DNA of 63,117 nucleotides, filler included. It is 14 parts of 14 records of this genome, joined end to end, with 100 filler letters (N's around TTAATTAATTAA, not from the genome) between each part and the next. Parts side by side here need not be neighbours in the genome. Positions count along the whole stretch, not along the records: positions 21,899 to 27,689 come from SRR11831585_22; positions 27,790 to 29,897 come from SRR11831585_25; positions 29,998 to 32,303 come from SRR11831585_29; positions 32,404 to 55,047 come from SRR11831585_30; 10 more parts are not named here. The stretch is one strand, 5' to 3'. Position 1 is the first letter of the stretch, and each line of letters opens with the position of its first letter. The notes under the pieces are model-generated. The model saw only the letters and a list, made by a program, of their open reading frames with translations. It did not search any database and was not told where the DNA came from. Both the position numbers and the translations under genes were made by a program. Shown piece after piece: positions 25,025-38,881 of this stretch.

Positions 25025-25183
25025 CCATTCTGTATTTGGTTAAATTGCGAGCGAGATCGCGTCTTCGATTGACTGCAATTTAACCAATTAAATTCTAAAA
25101 TAATCACGAAAAAAATTTTACTTCCGCCTCATGCGGCGAATGTGGGAATTGCCCAGGCGGCGGGGGATAGGGGCTGGAGACAG

Positions 25184-25218
25184 TTATCCACTATTCCTGT
25201 GGATAACCATGTGTATTA
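25184..25218. promoter_or_regulatory. DARS1 core (DnaA-reactivating sequence 1), clustered DnaA boxes
   Basis: TTATCCACT (25184), TGTGGATAA (25198) and TGTGTATTA (25210) in the bioD-uvrB intergenic region, the known DARS1 location. Confidence 0.8.
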
Positions 25219-25510
25219 GAGTTAGAAAACACGAGGCAAGCGAGAGAATACGCGGCTTGCACGCGAATTGGCGTTAAAGACGGCTCAAAGAAATATCTTT
25301 TATTTTTTAACTGGTTAGATAAATGCAATGGCAGTCACTGAACAGGCATCTCTTGCCATAAAACTGTCATCACTCATCTTGACAAATGTTAAAAAAGCCG
25401 TTGCTTTGGGGATAACCCGGTAAGGCCGGAGTTTTATCTCGCCACAGAGTAAATTTTGCTCATGATTGACAGCGGAGTTTACGCTGTATCAGAAATATTA
25501 TGGTGATGAA

Positions 25511-25526
25511 CTGTTTTTTTATCCAG
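25511..25526. promoter_or_regulatory. LexA (SOS) box of uvrB
   Basis: CTGTTTTTTTATCCAG = CTG-N10-CAG upstream of uvrB. Confidence 0.9.
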
Positions 25527-25602
25527 TATAATTTGTTGGCATAATTAAGTACGACGAGTAAAATTACATACCTGCCCGCCCAACTCCTTCAGGTAGCGAC
25601 TC

Positions 25603-27624
<2,022 letters not shown>

Positions 27625-27661
27625 CAGGATAGCGAAGAAGACTGATGACAAACGGAAAACA

Positions 27662-27689
27662 GCCTGATGCGCTACGCTTATCAGGCCTA
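27662..27689 (+). repeat. REP element (contig ends within it)
   Basis: GCCTGATGCGCTACGCTTATCAGGCCTA matches the E. coli REP consensus. Confidence 0.9.
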
Positions 27690-27951
27690 NNNNNNNNNNN
27701 NNNNNNNNNNNNNNNNNNNNNNNNNNNNNNNNNTTAATTAATTAANNNNNNNNNNNNNNNNNNNNNNNNNNNNNNNNNNNNNNNNNNNNTGTGTGTCTGT
27801 GTGTGTGTGTGTGTTTGTGCACATGTTGGTTTCACCGGCTGCTCGGCGTTGTTCGCGTGGGTGGCTATGTATGATTTCGCCACCTACACATACTGATTTG
27901 ATTGCGCTGGTGTGTATGTGTGTGTGTGTGTATTTTGTTCATATTGAATAG

Positions 27952-29538
27952 CGGCATACATCAATCGAGATCACATCCAGAACAGCGCACGAAGCATCCC
28001 GGCCTCAGTTAAATTTGAGGACGACGACGGTGTGTATTTGGTTGGTTTCTCTGTATTTTAAATTATTGTGTGTGTGCGTGTGTGGGGTGCTTTGTCTGTA
28101 AAATGTCATCTCGGTGTAATTATCCCTTGTGCCATGACTGCCAATTTCCCTACAATCAGCATGCGTGTGTTGCGTGTTTGTCGTGTACCGATGTGTTGTG
28201 TTTGTATGCATATACTCACACGTGCGTCTCTGGATATATCTGTGTATGTTTCCCCTCTCCAGATGCATCACAGCTTTCAGACCCCCAACCCCCACCCAAC
28301 TCATCCACCCACCCCACCTTGACACGAACCCAACCACTACCCTACACAGCATCAACAGCAACCACACCAACACCGTCGCAGATGCCGATGCGCCCGCACA
28401 ACACACAAGGGGTGTATCTCGCGAAACGCCGTCCGTTCCCGCCTACACATCTCAGAGACCCACTCGTCGAGCAGCCCGTCTCACAAACAATCACCACACA
28501 GATCTCGATCGTCCATCAGACTCTCTGACACAGGGCGAACCTCCTGAACCTCCTCACAACGAGCGGCCCAAACCCACTCGCGGTCTGCAGCGTCTTACGC
28601 GTATCGCGACCAACTCCTCGGCAGAATCCGGTCCCACACCCACACCCACACCCACACGCACGCACACGCTTACAGATTCAACGGGGACCCGACACGCGAA
28701 ACGGATCAAACGAGAGCGAGGTGACGTCACCACCACTACCACCACTACAGTGTCTGGTGCTCCAGGCAGTAGCAGCAGCTCCGACACTCGCACCGCTTCC
28801 TCACAAGTACCCCTCGTGTCAGCAGCCGCAGCAGAGGCCGATCGTGATGACGCGCTCGTGAACGGTGATGATGATGATGACGGCCCCCACGGGACAATAC
28901 AGAGCGCAACACGTAGGCGTTCCCGTGTATCCACAGAGTCGAGAACCCGTGTCAAGTCCGGTGTCAGAAAACATGTCAGTTTGCCGGTGGTGGAGGAAGG
29001 TCAGGTTTCCCCGATCGTCAGTACGAAACTCATGGGTACCGCCGGTGGCAGTGGGGTTGATGGTGGTGACGGTGGTGATGACAATGATGATGAGGTGATT
29101 GTGTGTGAGGATTTCCAGAACAAGCCTCAGCAGCAGTCCCCTGTCCGGTCCTCTCAATTACAACCGAAACAGAAACCACAACCTCTGAACTTGTCTCAGC
29201 TCAGCGCCTCGGGCGAGCGTCCGCGCTTCTCAAAAAAACCGCGCAGCAAATCCCTCAGTCATCGCCGCCGCCTTCAACGGGAGCAGCGCAAACAACAAGC
29301 CTCCCTCGTGCTCGAGAACGGTCATATTCTGCATCGAAAACGCGCACTACAGAGCCGTCTGTATGAGTGGGAGGAGGGGGAAGATAAGGTGGTGGTGGGT
29401 AACAGCAGTGCCCCACCGCCCGCGAAACAGGCACGTTCCGGTACGGCTCAGGACCCGCTCTTCGTGGCGGAGTTCGATACGGATTCCGAACAGGCGCCCG
29501 TTGAAGTGGACAGTGATGGTGAGAGTCCCCGTGACTGA
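27952..29538 (+). CDS. Unknown eukaryotic low-complexity (S/T/D/Q-rich) protein, partial, possible frameshift
   Basis: Small exon at about 27952-28029, then a long open frame to 29538 flanked by TG-rich non-coding DNA; contains basic NLS-like patches. Confidence 0.55.
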
Positions 29539-29997
29539 ACGAAACGAAGGGGGTGGGGTGATATTTTTTTATATACTGTAGTGTGTTGGTGTGTGCATGT
29601 GAGTATGTGTGTCTGCGTGTGTGTCTGTCCACAGCGCGAAAGGACTGTTTGTATGCGTACGGCGTGAGTGTGTATGTGTGATGTATCTGTTTGCATGCCT
29701 GTGCATCGGTTGGTGTTTTATGATTGTGTGCGTCGCGCCCCTCGGAGCATGTGTTTTTGCGTGATTGTTACTGGGTATTGTTATTGGTATTTATTCTTTG
29801 TTCCGTGAAGGCCTCTAAGTCATTAAAAAAAGGAGACTGGAGACTGGTGAGATTGGTGTGACTGATGTGTGTGAGTGCGTGTGTGTGTGTGTGTGCGNNN
29901 NNNNNNNNNNNNNNNNNNNNNNNNNNNNNNNNNNNNNNNNNTTAATTAATTAANNNNNNNNNNNNNNNNNNNNNNNNNNNNNNNNNNNNNNNNNNNN

Positions 29998-31186
29998 CCC
30001 GGACACGTCACCACCGGCAGCCGCCTCGAACATGCCGAACCGAACCATCATGACAACAACAAACACAACCACGAACGCGAGCGATGCGACACTGGTGAAC
30101 CGCAGCGAGTTGAGCCGCTTGAGCATGGCCAGGGGACCCATAAGCAAGATGGTCACCATGCAGAGCATGAACGGACAGTTAAGAAGAATGTTCCCCGGGG
30201 GGAGCCACAGCAGCAGCGCAGGGGACGCAAGATCACGCACAATGACAATGTACGCCACCGCCGCCCCAAAGTTGATGCAGATCAGGCAGAGCTGAATCGC
30301 AACGGCGCCCTTACGCTGGAACGCTGCCGGGACGATGAGGAACAGGCACATGAAAGAACTACGGAGAACAGCAACACTGAACGGAGCACGCCAATTCAAT
30401 TCGTACATCGCAGATAATACGCACAGAGACACAAACACACACATAAGCACGCCGCACGCACATACACACACAAAAAAAGACTCACACGGACACGCATATA
30501 TGCACACACCGGAAAATCCCAGGTCCTCGTAAGTCCGCACGCCCGCCACATGAGCGGCTGCGATCATCAGGTGCAAGGAGTACACGGTGACGGCGCCCAT
30601 CACAAGCAGCAGAACAAACCCCAGCACAGATCCGCTATGCTACAGAGCGCACGGGAGTCAGGAAGACACTGAATATATATGGTCACACACATCAATCAAC
30701 ATTGTACAAGCACACACCCTCGCACAGCACAGTACACGCTTGCCCGGGAACATACGCACGGCTTCATACAGACACGCATACACACAACAATATGCGCTCA
30801 CGCGTGCATACATTCGCACACCAGCAACGCACCGCACTACGCCCACAGACACACGTGGACACATAGACACCGCTACCATGCATACCATAAACGCGAACGG
30901 CAGCCCCAAGATACCCGCTCCTGCGACGGATAAGACGAAGAACACAGCGCTACGGATGGCATCGCACCGATAATAGTGTTGGCAAGGTTGAATATGGAGG
31001 AGAGCAGGGATGCCGTCGGCGCATGTGCAGGGGCTGGATGCTTTTCTTCATGCGAATCAGATTCTAATAGAACGGTAAGAACGCAGCGCGACGCGAAGAC
31101 ATACCAGCTGCCGAGGTCAAAGGCTCCAATTCGATGGAATCTGATCTATGCCGAAACTCAAGCGAGTCATGACGGCTGTCCATCAT
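29998..31186 (-). CDS. SLC38/AAAP (Aa_trans) amino-acid transporter, five exons, 3' partial
   Basis: Spliced MMDSRHD...SSIFNLANTIIGAGILGLPFAF, RTYEDLG, NFGAAVAYIVIV, PLAMLKRLNSLRFTS. Confidence 0.9.
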
Positions 31187-31408
31187 TGCAGGGTTCAGGT
31201 CTGAACCTTGAATGGAATGAGATGAAATTCTCAAAGTTTGATCAACACAGTAGGAAAGTGAAAGTAGAAACTTCACAGAACTTTCACCTCGATGTCGGTC
31301 GCCCGGATTTGTTTGTCGAGCAGCCGGGCTGATTCGATTCGTGTGAACCGAACTGGACGTCCTGCTGATAGTTCCTTTGTGGCCCAACCGTGAGTTTGCA
31401 CAGAATAG

Positions 31409-32303
31409 ATGTTCAAGTTACAACTTGACAAGGTCATCATCGAAGTTGATCCAGAACCAGCGGCCAGGAAATCGCAGGCACGCGATCACCCCCTCTTCTT
31501 ACTTACAAATTACAATAATGCGATGGTAATCACATGTATAACGTTTGATATAGGTAACCAAAGCCGTAGCACCGAAATTCCATACCCAATCTCGTCAGCG
31601 TCTGCCGGCGTTGACTGTGCCGATTTCTTCTGCTGTGGCGGACGTACACTCCAAAGTATCAGCCTTCTTGTCCTCTAGCGCGCTGCCCTCTCTTGCTCCT
31701 CCATCATCCACCCCATCTGGAACTTCGGCGGGTCTTCTGCGCGTCCCCTCGCCCATGCACGGTGGCTCCTCCCGCAACCGAAGTCTTTCGCCCTTGTCCA
31801 CGCATTCGGGAGGCTCGCGCTCGTCAGACGCCTCCAGACCGCGGTCGGTGAGTTCAGCGCTCAGCGCAGATGGAAGGCCGGTGCGTGCGCCTGTGCGTGT
31901 GTGCTTGCTATACCTGTGTGTGTGCGAGAATGCGCGTGCGCGTGGCCTACCCACTGATACGCGATGGTTACCGTGGTGTGTTGTATGTGTGGGTCGTGTA
32001 GAAGCTTACCAAGAAAGCCATCATGCGACGTGCACGCGATCTAGCCCGGTGTCGCGCCTTCTATCACGCACGCGGGCGCATGTACGATGTCGTGCGCAAG
32101 TTTCAGTCCGATGGGTATGTGTGCTTGCTTTGGCGTGTTGTGTCAGCTTTGTGGTGGTAGTTAATGTACTCGAGTCATCGCAAGTTGCAATTGGTTGTTA
32201 GGATAGTACAACGTGGCTGACGGTGCGGCGCGGGTTATGTAGGCGCGACTGTCCCAAAGATATGGTGTTCGCATCGCTGAGCAACCAACGCAGTGTCACT
32301 ATG
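31409..32303 (+). CDS. Unknown Ser-rich eukaryotic protein, multi-exon, 3' partial, divergent from the transporter
   Basis: Exons at about 31409-31477, 31554-31880 and 32002-32114 join in frame (MFKLQLDK..|VTKAVAPK..SRNRSLSP..|KLTKKAIMRR). Confidence 0.5.
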
Positions 32304-32403
32304 NNNNNNNNNNNNNNNNNNNNNNNNNNNNNNNNNNNNNNNNNNNNTTAATTAATTAANNNNNNNNNNNNNNNNNNNNNNNNNNNNNNNNNNNNNNNNN
32401 NNN

Positions 32404-32720
32404 TTTAAAACAAATCTTGCGTCATCGGCAACCTGAATATTGTGCCGGTTAAGTGCTGGATCATTGAGCATCTTAACGATGTCATCGGCACCATCAGTGA
32501 TAAGGTAATCCAGCGATTCCCCTACAAAAACATAGCCTTTTGTTCCATTACTATCTTTTGCCTGCGATAGCCCAGTGATGGTGTCTGACTGCGATTGATA
32601 CTTTCCTGAACTACCCTTTGCGGTATGGGAAACCAGAGCATACGAGATACAGCCTGAAAGCATCAGCGCCAGTGGGAATAAACCGGCAGCCTTAAAAAAT
32701 CCCTTAAAATTCAACTTCAT
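32404..32720 (-). CDS. yidX: Lipoprotein YidX (3' partial)
   Basis: [24 protein letters not shown] lipobox; divergent from dgoR. Confidence 0.9.
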
Positions 32721-32857
32721 GATTAATCCTTTAAACGAGTAGCTAAGCCGTTGAAAGCATACTCTTCTTTCCCTCCTGTTTAGCGCCTGATATCCCTTTT
32801 CAGATTTCTGCCCGACGCATGTCATTTTTTTATGCATTGTTCTTTTTGTGATCTAAA

Positions 32858-32889
32858 TTGTAGTACAACAATATAAGTTTGTACTACAT
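32858..32889. promoter_or_regulatory. DgoR operator inverted repeats
   Basis: TTGTAGTACAA and TTGTACTACAT upstream of dgoR (FadR-family-type sites). Confidence 0.7.
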
Positions 32890-32997
32890 TACACGCACGG
32901 CAAACGCGAACGTCATCACGCTGGTACTACAAAGTTGCCGCGTTATGCATCGATCGGGGTAAAGTAGAGAAGAACATACAGAGCACAAGGACTCTCC

Positions 32998-33687
32998 ATG
33001 ACTCTCAATAAAACCGATCGCATTGTCATTACGCTGGGTAAACAGATCGTTCACGGCAAATACGTGCCAGGCTCGCCGCTTCCGGCTGAGGCGGAACTCT
33101 GTGAGGAGTTTGCAACCTCGCGCAACATCATCCGTGAGGTGTTCCGTTCGCTGATGGCGAAGCGGCTGATTGAAATGAAACGTTATCGCGGGGCGTTTGT
33201 GGCACCGCGTAACCAGTGGAATTACCTCGACACTGACGTACTGCAATGGGTGCTGGAAAATGACTACGACCCACGGCTTATCAGTGCCATGAGCGAAGTG
33301 CGAAATCTGGTGGAACCGGCGATTGCCCGTTGGGCAGCAGAGCGCGCGACTTCCAGCGATCTGGCGCAGATTGAATCGGCGCTGAACGAGATGATTGCCA
33401 ACAATCAGGACCGCGAAGCGTTTAACGAAGCGGATATTCGCTACCACGAGGCGGTGCTGCAGTCGGTGCATAACCCGGTGTTACAGCAACTTAGCATTGC
33501 GATCAGTTCGCTGCAGCGGGCGGTTTTTGAACGAACCTGGATGGGCGATGAGGCCAACATGCCGCAAACGCTCCAGGAACATAAGGCGCTGTTCGATGCG
33601 ATACGACATCAGGACGGCGATGCGGCAGAGCAGGCGGCGCTTACCATGATCGCCAGCTCGACACGAAGGTTAAAGGAAATCACATGA
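32998..33687 (+). CDS. dgoR: Galactonate operon repressor (GntR/FadR family)
   Basis: 229 aa wHTH plus FCD domain; heads the dgo operon. Confidence 0.96.
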   Translation: MTLNKTDRIVITLGKQIVHGKYVPGSPLPAEAELCEEFATSRNIIREVFRSLMAKRLIEMKRYRGAFVAPRNQWNYLDTDVLQWVLENDYDPRLISAMSEVRNLVEPAIARWAAERATSSDLAQIESALNEMIANNQDREAFNEADIRYHEAVLQSVHNPVLQQLSIAISSLQRAVFERTWMGDEANMPQTLQEHKALFDAIRHQDGDAAEQAALTMIASSTRRLKEIT

Positions 33688-34562
33688 CAGCTCGCTACAT
33701 CGCAATTGACTGGGGATCGACCAATCTGCGCGCCTGGCTTTATCAGGGCGACCACTGCCTGGAGAGCAGGCAATCAGAAGCAGGCGTCACGCGCCTGAAC
33801 GGAAAATCTCCGGCTGCGGTGTTAGCAGAAGTCACGACCGACTGGCGTGAAGAGAAAACGCCAGTGGTAATGGCAGGAATGGTTGGCAGCAACGTCGGCT
33901 GGAAAGTTGCACCGTATTTATCTGTTCCTGCCTGTTTTTCGTCTATTGGCGAACAATTAACGTCAGTTGGCGACAATATCTGGATTATTCCCGGATTATG
34001 TGTCTCTCATGACGATAACCACAATGTGATGCGCGGCGAAGAAACACAATTGATCGGCGCGCGAGCTCTGGCTCCTTCCTCTCTTTATGTCATGCCCGGA
34101 ACCCATTGCAAATGGGTGCAGGCCGATAGCCAGCAAATCAACGATTTTCGCACCGTGATGACCGGTGAATTACATCATTTACTGTTAAATCACTCATTGA
34201 TTGGCGCAGGTTTGCCGCCGCAGGAAAACTCTGCCGATGCCTTCACAGCTGGCCTTGAGCGTGGTCTTAATACGCCCGCCATATTGCCGCAGCTTTTTGA
34301 AGTTCGCGCCTCGCATGTGCTGGGAACACTTCCCCGCGAACAGGTCAGCGAATTTCTCTCTGGTTTGTTGATTGGCGCAGAGGTCGCCAGTATGCGCGAC
34401 TATGTGGCCCATCAACACGCCATCACCCTTGTCGCCGGAACATCGCTGACCGCGCGCTACCAGCAAGCCTTTCAGGCGATGGGTTGCGACGTGACGGCGG
34501 TGGCGGGCGACACGGCATTTCAGGCTGGTATAAGGAGCATCGCTCATGCAGTGGCAAACTAA
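33684..34562 (+). CDS. dgoK: 2-dehydro-3-deoxygalactonokinase
   Basis: IAIDWGSTNLRAW, VMRGEETQ, MPGTHCKW. Confidence 0.97.
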   Translation: MTARYIAIDWGSTNLRAWLYQGDHCLESRQSEAGVTRLNGKSPAAVLAEVTTDWREEKTPVVMAGMVGSNVGWKVAPYLSVPACFSSIGEQLTSVGDNIWIIPGLCVSHDDNHNVMRGEETQLIGARALAPSSLYVMPGTHCKWVQADSQQINDFRTVMTGELHHLLLNHSLIGAGLPPQENSADAFTAGLERGLNTPAILPQLFEVRASHVLGTLPREQVSEFLSGLLIGAEVASMRDYVAHQHAITLVAGTSLTARYQQAFQAMGCDVTAVAGDTAFQAGIRSIAHAVAN

Positions 34563-35163
34563 ACTCCCGCTGATCGCCATTTTGCGCGGTATTACGCCCG
34601 ACGAGGCGCTGGCGCATGTTGGCGCGGTGATTGACGCCGGGTTCGACGCGGTTGAAATCCCGCTGAATTCCCCACAATGGGAGCAAAGCATTCCCGCCAT
34701 CGTTGATGCGTACGGCGACAAGGCGTTGATTGGCGCAGGTACGGTACTGAAACCTGAACAGGTCGATGCGCTCGCCAGGATGGGCTGTCAGCTCATCGTT
34801 ACGCCCAATATCCATAGTGAAGTGATCCGCCGTGCGGTGGGCTACGGCATGACCGTCTGCCCCGGCTGCGCGACGGCGACCGAAGCCTTTACCGCGCTCG
34901 AAGCGGGCGCGCAGGCGCTGAAAATATTTCCGTCATCGGCTTTTGGTCCGCAATACATCAAAGCGTTAAAAGCGGTATTGCCATCGGACATCGCAGTCTT
35001 TGCCGTTGGCGGCGTGACGCCAGAAAACCTGGCGCAGTGGATAGACGCAGGTTGTGCAGGGGCGGGCTTAGGCAGCGATCTCTATCGCGCCGGGCAATCC
35101 GTAGAGCGCACCGCGCAGCAGGCAGCAGCATTTGTTAAGGCGTATCGAGAGGCAGTGCAATGA
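34546..35163 (+). CDS. dgoA: 2-dehydro-3-deoxy-6-phosphogalactonate aldolase
   Basis: [26 protein letters not shown]. Confidence 0.97.
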
Positions 35164-36308
35164 AAATCACCAAAATTACCACGTATCGTTTACCTCCCCG
35201 CTGGATGTTCCTGAAAATTGAAACCGATGAAGGCGTGGTCGGTTGGGGCGAGCCCGTGATCGAAGGCCGCGCCCGTACGGTGGAAGCGGCAGTTCACGAG
35301 CTGGGTGACTATTTGATTGGTCAGGATCCATCGCGCATCAATGACTTATGGCAAGTGATGTATCGCGCCGGATTCTATCGCGGCGGTCCGATCCTGATGA
35401 GCGCCATCGCCGGGATTGACCAGGCGTTATGGGATATCAAAGGTAAAGTGCTGAATGCGCCGGTCTGGCAACTGATGGGCGGCCTGGTTCGCGACAAAAT
35501 TAAAGCCTACAGTTGGGTTGGCGGCGATCGTCCGGCGGATGTTATCGACGGCATTAAAACGCTACGCGAAATCGGCTTCGATACCTTCAAACTGAACGGT
35601 TGTGAAGAACTGGGGCTAATTGATAACTCCCGCGCGGTAGATGCGGCGGTTAACACCGTGGCACAAATTCGTGAAGCTTTTGGCAATCAGATTGAGTTTG
35701 GTCTTGATTTCCACGGTCGCGTCAGCGCGCCGATGGCGAAAGTGCTGATTAAAGAACTGGAGCCGTATCGCCCGCTGTTTATTGAGGAGCCGGTGCTGGC
35801 GGAACAAGCCGAATACTACCCGAAACTGGCGGCACAAACGCATATTCCACTGGCGGCGGGTGAACGCATGTTCTCACGCTTCGATTTTAAACGCGTGCTG
35901 GAGGCAGGTGGTATTTCGATTCTGCAACCGGATCTCTCCCACGCGGGCGGTATTACCGAATGCTACAAAATCGCCGGAATGGCAGAAGCCTATGACGTGA
36001 CCCTTGCGCCGCACTGTCCGCTCGGACCGATTGCACTGGCGGCTTGCCTGCATATCGACTTTGTTTCCTATAACGCCGTACTTCAGGAACAAAGTATGGG
36101 AATTCATTACAACAAAGGCGCGGAGTTACTCGACTTTGTGAAAAACAAAGAAGACTTCAGCATGGTCGGCGGCTTCTTTAAACCGTTAACGAAACCGGGC
36201 TTAGGCGTGGAAATCGACGAAGCTAAAGTGATTGAGTTCAGTAAAAATGCCCCGGACTGGCGTAATCCGCTCTGGCGTCATGAAGATAACAGCGTAGCAG
36301 AGTGGTAA
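35160..36308 (+). CDS. dgoD: D-galactonate dehydratase
   Basis: 382 aa enolase-superfamily protein; [19 protein letters not shown]. Confidence 0.97.
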
Positions 36309-36427
36309 TTCCTGCCACGTAAGCCCCTCATCGGGCACTAAAACAGCAATACAAAAATATAACCCTCTGTAAATTACAGGGCATGGTGAGCGGCTTCGCT
36401 ATGCCCAAAATCTGGAGAAAGCTCGCT

Positions 36428-37720
36428 ATGGATATTCCCGTTAATGCAGCAAAGCCGGGGCGTCGGCGTTATCTGACGCTGGTGATGATCTTTATTACGG
36501 TAGTCATTTGTTATGTCGACCGCGCCAACCTGGCCGTGGCTTCCGCCCATATTCAGGAAGAGTTCGGCATTACCAAAGCGGAAATGGGCTATGTATTTTC
36601 GGCCTTCGCCTGGCTTTATACGCTATGTCAGATCCCCGGCGGTTGGTTTTTAGATCGCGTAGGTTCTCGCGTGACTTATTTTATTGCGATATTTGGCTGG
36701 TCAGTGGCGACTTTATTCCAGGGCTTTGCCACGGGCTTAATGTCATTAATTGGTCTGCGCGCGATAACCGGTATTTTCGAAGCGCCTGCTTTCCCGACCA
36801 ATAACCGGATGGTGACCAGCTGGTTCCCGGAACATGAACGCGCTTCTGCCGTTGGTTTTTATACGTCTGGTCAGTTTGTCGGTCTGGCGTTTCTGACGCC
36901 GCTGCTGATCTGGATTCAGGAGATGTTGAGCTGGCACTGGGTGTTCATTGTCACTGGTGGTATCGGCATTATCTGGTCGCTGATTTGGTTTAAGGTTTAT
37001 CAGCCGCCGCGCCTGACCAAAGGTATCAGCAAAGCTGAACTGGATTACATTCGTGATGGCGGCGGTCTGGTGGATGGTGATGCGCCGGTGAAGAAAGAGG
37101 CGCGTCAGCCGTTAACAGCCAAAGACTGGAAACTGGTGTTCCATCGTAAACTGATCGGCGTTTATCTTGGGCAATTTGCGGTGGCTTCTACACTGTGGTT
37201 TTTCTTAACCTGGTTCCCGAACTATTTAACCCAGGAAAAAGGAATCACGGCGCTGAAAGCAGGCTTTATGACCACGGTGCCATTCCTCGCGGCGTTTGTC
37301 GGCGTCCTGCTCTCTGGCTGGGTAGCGGATCTGCTGGTACGTAAGGGCTTTTCACTGGGCTTTGCGCGTAAAACGCCGATTATCTGCGGCTTGCTGATCT
37401 CCACCTGCATTATGGGCGCTAACTACACTAACGATCCGATGATGATTATGTGCCTGATGGCGCTGGCATTCTTCGGTAACGGTTTTGCTTCGATTACCTG
37501 GTCGCTGGTTTCTTCTCTGGCACCGATGCGCCTGATTGGTTTAACCGGCGGCGTGTTTAACTTCGCCGGTGGTCTGGGCGGCATCACCGTTCCGCTGGTG
37601 GTGGGGTACCTGGCGCAGGGTTACGGTTTCGCACCTGCACTGGTTTATATCTCCGCCGTCGCGTTGATTGGCGCGCTCTCTTATATCCTGCTGATGGGCG
37701 ATGTGAAGCGCGTTGGCTAA
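36428..37720 (+). CDS. dgoT: D-galactonate MFS transporter
   Basis: 430 aa; [14 protein letters not shown]-family MFS. Confidence 0.97.
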   Translation: MDIPVNAAKPGRRRYLTLVMIFITVVICYVDRANLAVASAHIQEEFGITKAEMGYVFSAFAWLYTLCQIPGGWFLDRVGSRVTYFIAIFGWSVATLFQGFATGLMSLIGLRAITGIFEAPAFPTNNRMVTSWFPEHERASAVGFYTSGQFVGLAFLTPLLIWIQEMLSWHWVFIVTGGIGIIWSLIWFKVYQPPRLTKGISKAELDYIRDGGGLVDGDAPVKKEARQPLTAKDWKLVFHRKLIGVYLGQFAVASTLWFFLTWFPNYLTQEKGITALKAGFMTTVPFLAAFVGVLLSGWVADLLVRKGFSLGFARKTPIICGLLISTCIMGANYTNDPMMIMCLMALAFFGNGFASITWSLVSSLAPMRLIGLTGGVFNFAGGLGGITVPLVVGYLAQGYGFAPALVYISAVALIGALSYILLMGDVKRVG

Positions 37721-38781
37721 TCCTTCAACTGTGGAATATGTGCCACACCACTGCGCATAATCCACTTTCTTAAAGCCGGTGCGGTCAGGCATCGGCTTTT
37801 TACTATCTTGCCGAAGAGTTTTAAACGCAGTTTGCGGGTGGCGCGCCAGTAAGCGGTATTGAGCTTCTCTGGCTGCTTCAGTAACACCGAACGCAGAATG
37901 TCTGTGCTATCCAGCGCATAGCTAATCCCCTCCAGCGAGCTGGCGCTGATAAATCCCGCCGCTTCACCAATCAGAAAGGCGTTGTCCTTACCGCAGACAA
38001 AATCCTGCCAGCGCGAGGGAAACAGCACCGTGCATTTTTCGCTTTTCACCGTCTTACCAAACTGGAACTGAAAGGCGCTCATTTTCTCTTTCAGCGTCGT
38101 GAAACGCGTCTGACCGTCTTTCATTGGATAGGCACCGCCAAAGATAAAATAACCGTCTTTGCTGATACTCCATGAATAACAGTTAGTTATCGAATTATCA
38201 AAGATGCAGGAGTAGAACGGCACCGGATGTTTCTCCGCGAACCACTGCTGGATAGCGACATATTTACGGATTTGATGATCCGGGTAGAGATGTCGCCGCA
38301 CCATCGAGTTTGCGCCATCGGCACCGACCAGATAGCGGGCGGTAATATGTTGCTCCCAGCCGTCTGCACGAAAAATGACATGCCATTTATCATCCTCACG
38401 CCAGATTTTTCGGCACAGGCTGTCGTGATAAACCTCAACGCTGGCGGGGATCAGCGATTTCATCCACAAGTCGAAAGCATGGCGATTAATATTGATATAG
38501 CTTCGCTGGTAGTTACGCGTGAGCGATGCGGCGACGTCGACGGTTTTGACGCTGAAAATCTGCGGATTAGCGATCACATCGACAGGAAGCGTCAGCCCAT
38601 CGCGAATAAAAGATCGCTGCGCGTCCGGTGCCAGCAGACCGCCGCAGGGTTTGCTGAAACCTTCAGTACCACACTGGTGCTTTTTATCCAGCGCGATCAC
38701 CTGCATTTTGCCTGCTAACTTTCGTGCCAACGCCGATCCTGCCGGGCCGAGGCCAATAATCGCCACGTCGAAATGTTCCAT
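37717..38781 (-). CDS. cbrA: FAD-dependent oxidoreductase CbrA (colicin M resistance)
   Basis: [12 protein letters not shown]ossmann motif; 354 aa; K-12 synteny. Confidence 0.93.
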   Translation of the reverse strand: MEHFDVAIIGLGPAGSALARKLAGKMQVIALDKKHQCGTEGFSKPCGGLLAPDAQRSFIRDGLTLPVDVIANPQIFSVKTVDVAASLTRNYQRSYININRHAFDLWMKSLIPASVEVYHDSLCRKIWREDDKWHVIFRADGWEQHITARYLVGADGANSMVRRHLYPDHQIRKYVAIQQWFAEKHPVPFYSCIFDNSITNCYSWSISKDGYFIFGGAYPMKDGQTRFTTLKEKMSAFQFQFGKTVKSEKCTVLFPSRWQDFVCGKDNAFLIGEAAGFISASSLEGISYALDSTDILRSVLLKQPEKLNTAYWRATRKLRLKLFGKIVKSRCLTAPALRKWIMRSGVAHIPQLKD

Positions 38782-38881
38782 CTTTTCACTCACATTCATC
38801 ACGATGGCAAAAGACTATTGTCTGAAAGTGAAGTCCTTGTGAAGTATGATGGCGGGACCCGTTTTGTATCAGGACCGCGCC

